Below are positions 57,026 to 64,000 of a DNA stretch of 64,000 nucleotides, one piece after another; within the stretch, counting starts at the first letter, position 1, and each line of letters starts with the position of its first letter. The position numbers and the translations under genes were made by a program. Origin of the DNA: an uncultured Planctomycetales bacterium (GTDB lineage: Bacteria; Omnitrophota; Gorgyraeia; Gygaellales; Profunditerraquicolaceae); assembly GCA_964427405.1 (NCBI GenBank), contig CAYRUB010000009.1, positions 5,129 through 69,128 of the forward strand. Direction: 5' to 3'. The notes beneath the pieces are model-generated. The model worked only from the letters and a program-made list of their open reading frames with translations. It did not search any database and was not told where the DNA came from.

Positions 57026-57101
57026 TTTCGCCCTCTTCTTGAGGAAGCGAAATCATCCCCGCTGGTTGTACTGCCTTATTTTTGTAATCAGTACGCGGGG
57101 A
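57023..57101. other. Two tandem hairpins after lptB
   Basis: tgatttcgc/gcgaaatca with cctc/gagg; then tccccgc/gcgggga with gtactg/cagtac. Confidence 0.65.
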
Positions 57102-57195
57102 TATTGAATAAGTAGCATCTAAGCGGGTATTGAGTTAATCATAAAGTAAGAGGTAGGGTAAACATATTACATAAATAAAACAGGAAAGGATTCAA

Positions 57196-58074
57196 ATGAA
57201 AACTGAAGTAAAGAAGCTGGATAGTACTAAATGTGAATTAAGCGTAGCAGTGAGCGGTGAATTAGTCAAAAATAAATTTGAGGAAGTTTTTTCTCAGATT
57301 GCCAAGGAAGCAAAAGTTCCGGGTTTCCGTCCAGGCAAGGCCCCGAGGGATATTTTAGAGAAGCATTATGCCGCCTCAGTCCATGATCAGGTATTAAAGG
57401 ATTTGGTTCCTGATGTGTATAACCAGGCAATTACAGCAGAAAAGCTTGATGTAATCGAATTGCCTCAGATAACTGATGTGAAGTTGGATCGCAGCAATCT
57501 TTCTTTTAAAGCGGTTGTAGAGGTGTCTCCGGAGATTGCGCTTAAAGATTATAAGAAGCAGAAAATAAATTATAAATTAATCACGGTAAGTGCCGATGAA
57601 ATTAAAAAACATGTTGATTCCGTCAAGGAGTCGCGCAAGGCAGAAACTTTAGACGATAAATTCAGCCGTTCTCTTGGGTATCCAAACCTTTCGGAATTTG
57701 AGAAAGCGGTGGAAAGGCAGATTTTTATTACTAAGGAGAATCAGGAACGCCAGCGCATTGAGAGTGATTTGATCGATAATCTCCTTAAAGATTTGGAATT
57801 TAAAGTGCCGGAGAGCCTGGTTAGCCGGCAGACTCAGGATATGCTGCGGCAGACAAAAATTGATTTGGCGATGAAGGGGATTCCCCGGGATAAAATTGAT
57901 GAGCAGGAGAAGTTGCTTTTAGATGGGATCCAGCCTCAGGCTAAAAAGCAGGTGAAGGTTTATTTAGTCTTAGCTCAGATTGCTAAAAAAGAAGGTATTA
58001 CTATAGATGACCATATGCCGGCTAAGGTAATGGAGTTTTTGTTAAGAGAGGCAGATTGGCAGGAGACCCATTAA
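57196..58074 (+). CDS. tig: Trigger factor lacking the FKBP/PPIase domain
   Basis: Ribosome-binding motif GFRPGKAP; only 292 aa; directly upstream of clpP. Confidence 0.9.
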   Translation: MKTEVKKLDSTKCELSVAVSGELVKNKFEEVFSQIAKEAKVPGFRPGKAPRDILEKHYAASVHDQVLKDLVPDVYNQAITAEKLDVIELPQITDVKLDRSNLSFKAVVEVSPEIALKDYKKQKINYKLITVSADEIKKHVDSVKESRKAETLDDKFSRSLGYPNLSEFEKAVERQIFITKENQERQRIESDLIDNLLKDLEFKVPESLVSRQTQDMLRQTKIDLAMKGIPRDKIDEQEKLLLDGIQPQAKKQVKVYLVLAQIAKKEGITIDDHMPAKVMEFLLREADWQETH

Positions 58075-58084
58075 AACGGAGGAT

Positions 58085-58699
58085 ATGATGGAGACAAAAA
58101 TGCAAACATTGGTTCCTATGGTAATTGAGCAGACTCCCAGGGGTTATGAACGTGCCTATGATATTTATTCGCGCCTTTTAAAGGAACGTATTGTTTTTAT
58201 CGGCACGCCTATCGATGATTATGTGGCTAACTTGGTAATGGCCCAGATGCTTTTTTTACAGATGGAAGAAAAGGATAAAGATATTAATGTCTATATTAAC
58301 TCGCCCGGGGGTTCGGTTACTGCGGGCCTTGCAATATACGACACCATGCAGTTTATAAAATGCGATGTGGCAACCTATTGCGTAGGACAGGCAGCCAGTA
58401 TGGGGGCGGTTTTGTTGGCGGCGGGCACCAAAGGGAAACGTTTTGTGCTCCCTAATTCGCGGGTAATGATCCATCAGCCCTGGGGTGGTGTGCAGGGGGC
58501 GGCTGCCGATATATCTATACAGGCTAAGGAGATCTTAACTCTGCGTGATAAAATTAATAATATCCTTGTGCATCATACGTCTCAGCCGCTGGAGAAAATC
58601 CAAAAGGATACTGACAGGGACTATTTTATGTCTGCTCAAGAAGCAAAGGATTATGGGATAATCGATGAAGTGGTATTAAACAACAAGAAAATAAAATAA
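58085..58699 (+). CDS. clpP: Clp protease proteolytic subunit
   Basis: DIYSRLL, INSPGG, AASM, MIHQP, DRD. Confidence 0.97.
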   Translation: MMETKMQTLVPMVIEQTPRGYERAYDIYSRLLKERIVFIGTPIDDYVANLVMAQMLFLQMEEKDKDINVYINSPGGSVTAGLAIYDTMQFIKCDVATYCVGQAASMGAVLLAAGTKGKRFVLPNSRVMIHQPWGGVQGAAADISIQAKEILTLRDKINNILVHHTSQPLEKIQKDTDRDYFMSAQEAKDYGIIDEVVLNNKKIK

Positions 58700-58711
58700 G
58701 AGGAGTGAGAA

Positions 58712-59854
58712 ATGAGAAAAAATTATTTGTTAACACCGGGTCCGACACCGCTACCGCCTGAGGTATGTCTTGCGTTGGGTAAACCGATTATTCATCATCG
58801 CACTCCGCAGTTTCAGGCGATACTTAAAGAGGCTAGCGAGGGGTTAAAGTATGTATTTCAGACACAGTCAGATGTATTTATCCTTACCTCTTCTGGTACC
58901 GGAGCAATGGAGGCAGCGGTAGCTAACCTGCTTTCAGCGCAGGATACTGCGATCACCGTCGAGGGTGGTAAATTCGGAGAACGCTGGACAGAGTTATGCA
59001 CAAGTTATGGTATTAATGCGGAGGTGATTAAGGTTGAGTGGGGAAAGGCAGTGGATCCGAAAGAGATTGAAAAACGCCTGGCGGACAATCCTAATATAAA
59101 AGCTGTTTTTGTTACGCTTTGTGAAACTTCTACCGGCGTTGCCAGTGATATTGAGGCAATTGGTAAGGTGGTTAGTAAATATAAGGCAGTTCTAGTAGTT
59201 GACGCGATCAGCGGCCTGGGTGCTATTGATTTGAAAACCGATGCCTGGGGTGTTGATGTTTGTGTCTCAGGATCGCAAAAAGGTTTTATGCTTCCTCCGG
59301 GCCTTGCCTTTATATCAGTAAGCAAGAAGGCATGGGAGGCGATTGCTGTTTCAAAGAGCCCGAGGTATTATTTTGATTTAACAGTGGCTAAGAAGGCGAT
59401 CCAGAAAACAGATACGCCTTTTACTCCGGCTATTTCCCTGATAATCGCTTTAGTGGAAGTGTTGAAGATGATGAAGCAGGATGGTCTGGAAAACATATTT
59501 AATCGCCATAAAGTTATGGCTTGTGCTACTAAGGCTGCGATGAAGGCGTTGGGCTTAGAGCTGTTCGCGCCTACCGCTGCTTCAGATGTGGTGACTGCGG
59601 TAAAAGCCCCCGCCGGCATTGACGGGGAAAAAATCGTTAAGACTATGCGTGATATTTACGGAGTAACCATTGCCGGAGGACAGGCAGAATTAAAGGGTAA
59701 AGTATTCAGATTCGCCCACATGGGTTTTGTCGAAGAATTTGATATTATTGCCGGTATCGCTTGTCTTGAAAAAGTCTTAAAGGAGTTAGGCTATGCCTTT
59801 GAGTTGGGCGCGGGAGTTAAAGCAGCTGAAGAGGTTTTCTTAAATAAGGAGTAA
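58712..59854 (+). CDS. Class V PLP aminotransferase (probable phosphoserine/serine-pyruvate aminotransferase)
   Basis: TPGPT, SGTGAME, ETSTG, GSQKG; adjacent to serA. Confidence 0.88.
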   Translation: MRKNYLLTPGPTPLPPEVCLALGKPIIHHRTPQFQAILKEASEGLKYVFQTQSDVFILTSSGTGAMEAAVANLLSAQDTAITVEGGKFGERWTELCTSYGINAEVIKVEWGKAVDPKEIEKRLADNPNIKAVFVTLCETSTGVASDIEAIGKVVSKYKAVLVVDAISGLGAIDLKTDAWGVDVCVSGSQKGFMLPPGLAFISVSKKAWEAIAVSKSPRYYFDLTVAKKAIQKTDTPFTPAISLIIALVEVLKMMKQDGLENIFNRHKVMACATKAAMKALGLELFAPTAASDVVTAVKAPAGIDGEKIVKTMRDIYGVTIAGGQAELKGKVFRFAHMGFVEEFDIIAGIACLEKVLKELGYAFELGAGVKAAEEVFLNKE

Positions 59855-59859
59855 GTAAA

Positions 59860-61446
59860 ATGATTAAGGTTCTAGTCAGTGACGCGTTATCCGAAGAGGG
59901 GCTTAAGGTGTTTAGGGAGTCCAAGGAACTTACTGTTGATGTAAAAACAGATTTAAAACCCGATGCCTTAAAAGAGATAATCAAGGATTATGACGCCCTG
60001 GTAGTGCGCAGCGCAACCAAGGTAACCAATGAGATAATTCAGGCAGCTAAAAAGCTAAAAGTTATCGGCCGTGCCGGAGTTGGTTTAGATAATGTAGATT
60101 TGGAAGCAGCTACGCAAAAAGGGATTATTGTGATGAACACTCCGGCGGGAAATACTATTTCTACCGCCGAACATACCTTCAGCATGATCCTGTCTCTTTC
60201 CAGGAATATCCCGCAGGCTAACGCATCGACGAAAAAAGGGGAATGGAAGCGCTCAAAGTTTATGGGGGTAGAGGTTTATGGAAAAACCCTTGGCATAGTA
60301 GGTTTTGGCCGTATCGGTTCCGAAGTGGCTAAGCGTGCTTTATCGTTTGGAATGAAGATACTAGCGTATGATCCGTTTTTGTCGGCTGAGGTTGCCGAAA
60401 GTATTGGCGTCGAGATCGCGGAATTAAAGAAAGTACTGCAGGAAGCCGATTATATCACTGTGCATACTCCGTTAACCGATGAAACCAGGCATATGATTTC
60501 GGATAAAGAATTTGCTTTAATGAAAAAAGGCGTGCGTATAATAAATTGCGCCCGCGGAGGAATAATTGATGAGGCGGCTTTAGTTAAAGCTATAAAAGAA
60601 CTTAAAGTGGCTGGCGCAGCCATGGATGTTTTTGAAAACGAACCTCTTTCCGCAGAGAACGAACTTTTAAAACTCGATAATGTGATTATTACCCCGCATC
60701 TGGGAGCTTCTACCGAAGAAGCACAGGTTAATGTGGCAATTGAAGTAGCGGAGATTGTGCGCGATGCCCTTTTAGGCAGAGGCATTCGCAATGCCGCTAA
60801 CTATCCGTGCTTAGAAGCGGAGGTTTGTAAAATTCTTAACCCCTATATTAATTTAGGGGAAAAGCTGGGGATGTTTGCTGCCCAGCTTGTAGAGGGTAGG
60901 TTCCAGGAGTTAGTTATAAATTATAGCGGTGAGATTACTAAATATGATTTAAGCCCGGTAACCATGGCTTTGGCCAAAGGGGTACTTGAGCCTATATTAA
61001 AGGAAACGGTAAATTTTGTTAATGCCGTATCTTTACTTAAGGAAAGAGGAATAAAGTTACGTGAATCAAAATCCGCACAAGAAGGCGAATTTGTCAATCT
61101 TGTCCAGTTAGAGATTAAGACGGATAAGGAGAGCAAGAAAGTCTTTGGAACGCTTTCCAGCAATAAACAGCCGCGAATTGTAAAGATTGACGACTATTAT
61201 CTTGAGCTATATCCAATCGGAGAAATGGTCTTTATCCGTAATTCGGATAAGCTGGGTTTAATCGGTAGCCTGGGTACGCTCATGGGAAAAAGTGGTATCA
61301 ACATTGCCGCGATGACCTTTGGCCGGGACGAACAAGGTGGAAAGGCAATCAGCGTATTAAACGTAGATAGCCAGGTTAGCCAAGAGATCCAGGATAAGAT
61401 ACGCGAATTAGAAAACATTTTAACCGTAAAAGTTATCAGGACATGA
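59860..61446 (+). CDS. serA: D-3-phosphoglycerate dehydrogenase
   Basis: RAGVGLDN, GFGRIG, NCARGG, TPHLGAST; ASB and ACT domains. Confidence 0.97.
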   Translation: MIKVLVSDALSEEGLKVFRESKELTVDVKTDLKPDALKEIIKDYDALVVRSATKVTNEIIQAAKKLKVIGRAGVGLDNVDLEAATQKGIIVMNTPAGNTISTAEHTFSMILSLSRNIPQANASTKKGEWKRSKFMGVEVYGKTLGIVGFGRIGSEVAKRALSFGMKILAYDPFLSAEVAESIGVEIAELKKVLQEADYITVHTPLTDETRHMISDKEFALMKKGVRIINCARGGIIDEAALVKAIKELKVAGAAMDVFENEPLSAENELLKLDNVIITPHLGASTEEAQVNVAIEVAEIVRDALLGRGIRNAANYPCLEAEVCKILNPYINLGEKLGMFAAQLVEGRFQELVINYSGEITKYDLSPVTMALAKGVLEPILKETVNFVNAVSLLKERGIKLRESKSAQEGEFVNLVQLEIKTDKESKKVFGTLSSNKQPRIVKIDDYYLELYPIGEMVFIRNSDKLGLIGSLGTLMGKSGINIAAMTFGRDEQGGKAISVLNVDSQVSQEIQDKIRELENILTVKVIRT

Positions 61447-63164
61447 AAAGCGTTAAAACCATATTTTTTCTTCTTGCGTTGCTGGCATTAAGTGCCGGCA
61501 ATCTTTACGCTAAAGAAATAACTATCCTTTATACCGGTAGCACCCATGCCATGCTTTATCCTTGCAGTTGTCCTATCGAGCATGATGGCGGGATCGCACG
61601 CCGGGCTTCGCTGGTAAAAGAATTAAGAAAGAGGTCTCCGGGGCTTTTACTTTTAGACTGTGGCGCCTTTACCGCCGGAGGCCCAATGGATGAATATACC
61701 CAGAATACCCGGCTGGATATGCAGCGCTCTGAAGTGAACTTCAGGGCTATGGAGTTGATGCGCTATGATGCCGTTGCTATAAGCGGCGATGAGTTTAATT
61801 TCGGAAAGGATTTCTTTCTAAAGAACGCCAGAAAAAATAATCCCGCTTTTTTAAGTGTTAATTTAGGTTCGGATAAAGTGGAGCCGTATATTGTCAAACA
61901 AGTTTCCGGGGTAAAGATCGGGATTATCGGTTTGACCAATTTAGCCGCCGGTCAGAAATCAGAAGGTTTAAAGATTGCCGCGCCTAAGGCAATAGATCAG
62001 ATGGTCAGTCGCCTTAAGAATGAAGGTGTAGAGGTAGTGATTGTTTTAAGTACTTTGGGCATAAAAGAAGATTTGGATTTAATTTCTAAAGTTAAGGATA
62101 TAGACATACTTTTTAGGGGGTCTAATCCGATAAAAGAAGATGTGGAAGCTAAGGTGGGGCCTACTTTTATTGTGCGCCCCTCTTGGCAGGGCCGCAAGCT
62201 CGGGAAATTGACCCTGGAAGTTAAAGATGGCAAGCTTTTAAACTGTAAGACTGAGGAGATTCGGCTGTCAGATAAGATCGTCGATGACCCTGATGTGCTT
62301 GCAATGCTGCCGCGTTGTTATTCCGATGCCAACTGTAAGAAGGATGGACTGATCGGTAGCTGCCAGAACCCGGGTGAACTTGGCGCCAGCTGTTTGTTTA
62401 CCGAGCCGAATAAACTCAGATTGATTGTAATAAGCGCAAAGGACTGTGTTGTTTGTAATACAGAGCCGGTCCTGGAATTATTAAAAAAACAATTTCCCGG
62501 CATTAGCGCTGAATATGTTGATTTGGAGCGTGCCCAGAACCTGATTAAGGATTTATCGATTAAGGTCTTACCGGCTTACATTATCGGAGGAGAAGTAGAA
62601 AAAGAAACTAATTTTGGAAGCTTTAAAAATAACCTGGAATTAAAAAGCGGCCTGTATTTGCTTAAACCGCAGGTAAGCGGGGTATCTTATTTTATTGACC
62701 GTCCGCCGAGAAAAGGGGGCCTGGATTTATTTTTTAGCATATTTGATAAAGATGCCGCGGGGCTTCTCTCGGTTTTAAAAGAATTTAACCCAAGTTTGCA
62801 TTTTCTGGCGGTAGAGAAGGAAAACGGTTTTGATGCTAATAACGGACAGCTTGAAATAGAAGAATATCTGCGCGCCTGTTGCGTCCAGAAGTATTATCCG
62901 CAGAAGTTCTGGGATTATTTAATCTGCCGCGCCAGGAATATCAACAGTTCATGGTGGGAGGATTGCCTTCCCGAGGATGACGCGTTTAAGATAAAAACCT
63001 GCGCTAAGGGCCCTGAAGGCGCGCTTCTGCTTAAGGAAAATATTGCCTTGAATAAAGAGGTGCAGGTTAGCTTTGGTCTGAGTTATCTTTTAGATAACTA
63101 TCAGATATTTTCTTCACGCGGAGTACCGGATAAAGAAGATCTCAGGAAAATAATAAAAAAGTAA
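61443..63164 (+). CDS. Exported 5'-nucleotidase-like (degenerate) metallophosphoesterase with Cys-rich/thioredoxin-like C-terminus
   Basis: Signal peptide; PCSCP..GGIARR; YDAV; IGIIG; C-terminal CYSDANC and CVVC. Confidence 0.7.
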   Translation: MKSVKTIFFLLALLALSAGNLYAKEITILYTGSTHAMLYPCSCPIEHDGGIARRASLVKELRKRSPGLLLLDCGAFTAGGPMDEYTQNTRLDMQRSEVNFRAMELMRYDAVAISGDEFNFGKDFFLKNARKNNPAFLSVNLGSDKVEPYIVKQVSGVKIGIIGLTNLAAGQKSEGLKIAAPKAIDQMVSRLKNEGVEVVIVLSTLGIKEDLDLISKVKDIDILFRGSNPIKEDVEAKVGPTFIVRPSWQGRKLGKLTLEVKDGKLLNCKTEEIRLSDKIVDDPDVLAMLPRCYSDANCKKDGLIGSCQNPGELGASCLFTEPNKLRLIVISAKDCVVCNTEPVLELLKKQFPGISAEYVDLERAQNLIKDLSIKVLPAYIIGGEVEKETNFGSFKNNLELKSGLYLLKPQVSGVSYFIDRPPRKGGLDLFFSIFDKDAAGLLSVLKEFNPSLHFLAVEKENGFDANNGQLEIEEYLRACCVQKYYPQKFWDYLICRARNINSSWWEDCLPEDDAFKIKTCAKGPEGALLLKENIALNKEVQVSFGLSYLLDNYQIFSSRGVPDKEDLRKIIKK

Positions 63165-63173
63165 GGAGTAAAT

Positions 63174-64000
63174 ATGGCGCAAAAACCTAAAATTTATCTG
63201 CTCGATGTAACTAATCGCGACGGTGTACAGACTTCGCGTATTTGTTTGTCTAAACTTCAAAAAACTATGATTAACTGGTATCTGGACCAGATGGGGGTTT
63301 TCCAGTCGGAGTTTGGTTTTCCGCTCACCCGCCATGAAACAAATTACCTGAATGCTAATCTAGAGCTGATTAAATTAGGGGGATTTTCCAATATCAGGTT
63401 AAGCGGCTGGCTGCGCGCGACAAAAGAGGATGTAAGGGCTGCTTTTAAGCTGGTGCCGCATTTAAAATACATCAATCTTTCTATCTCAACCAGTGATCAG
63501 ATGATTATCCATAAATTTAAAGGCAAGTTAGATCATCAATCTGTGATTCAGGAGATGGAGGAGGCGGTAGGCGAGGCAATAAAATCAGGCGCCGAGACTA
63601 TCGGGGTAAATGCGGAAGATGCCTCACGTACCAATATTAATTATCTGATTGAGTTTGCTGTTAAAGCCAAGAAGGCAGGCGCAGGCAGGATCCGTTATTG
63701 CGATACATTAGGATGTGATACGCCTTTTAGTATCTATGAACGCATAAAATTACTTGCTGAAGCAGTAGATTTACCCATCGAAGTGCATTGTCATAATGAT
63801 TTGGGTCTGGTGGTAGCTAATTCTATTGTTGGAGCCAAAGCAGCAAATGATGCCGGGGTAGATGCTTATATTAATACTTGTGTTAATGGCATGGGTGAAC
63901 GTGCGGGAAATGCGGATTTGGTTTCGGTAATACTGGCGATTAAATTTGGACAGGGAATGCAGGGTTATAATTTGGATGAAAAGGTGGATTTAAAGATGGC
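63174..64000 (+). CDS. DRE-TIM metallolyase, Re-citrate synthase / homocitrate synthase-like (runs off the window end)
   Basis: MAQKPKIYLLDVTNRDGVQTSR...FQSEFGFP; NAEDASR; CDTLG; HCHNDLG; GMGERAGNAD; AAGGAG RBS. Confidence 0.85.
   Translation, partial: MAQKPKIYLLDVTNRDGVQTSRICLSKLQKTMINWYLDQMGVFQSEFGFPLTRHETNYLNANLELIKLGGFSNIRLSGWLRATKEDVRAAFKLVPHLKYINLSISTSDQMIIHKFKGKLDHQSVIQEMEEAVGEAIKSGAETIGVNAEDASRTNINYLIEFAVKAKKAGAGRIRYCDTLGCDTPFSIYERIKLLAEAVDLPIEVHCHNDLGLVVANSIVGAKAANDAGVDAYINTCVNGMGERAGNADLVSVILAIKFGQGMQGYNLDEKVDLKM

Noticed and set aside
57026-57195. tRNA upstream of tig
   Set aside because: No cloverleaf or T-loop (GTTCRA) motif; only two simple hairpins.
61550-61600. Selenocysteine recoding at the CxC motif
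   Set aside because: Both codons are Cys (TGC, TGT); there is no in-frame TGA.

Overview
Housekeeping chromosomal segment of a diderm, LPS-producing and probably anaerobic bacterium. Gene content and order suggest Candidatus Omnitrophota (PVC superphylum); this is inference. Every credible gene is on the + strand except one Ski2/HelY-like helicase. In order: a purine cluster (3' end of purQ, two purF paralogues, purM, a 7-gene accessory insert with a Fic gene, purD, purE); tsaC/LMW-phosphatase fusion-rpiB-glyA-dCMP deaminase-nrdR; CCA enzyme, AsmA-like, nth, trpB2; macro-Nudix fusion; aroC, spoVG, aroK; dprA-topA-xerC; a large lipid A/Kdo/heptose/Lpt cluster; tig-clpP; aminotransferase-serA; and a Re-citrate-synthase-like gene cut by the window end. 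I found no tRNA, rRNA, CRISPR array, prophage or transposase. The most striking unexplained signal is non-coding: GC-rich, modular, covarying palindromic elements occupy many of the larger intergenic gaps. They comprise three copies of a ~160-bp element, two related families with GGGTG...CAGGACC ends, half-elements flanking the Fic gene, and a probable 48-bp in-frame copy inside a coding sequence. All identifications come from reading motifs by eye; no database searches or folding programs were run.
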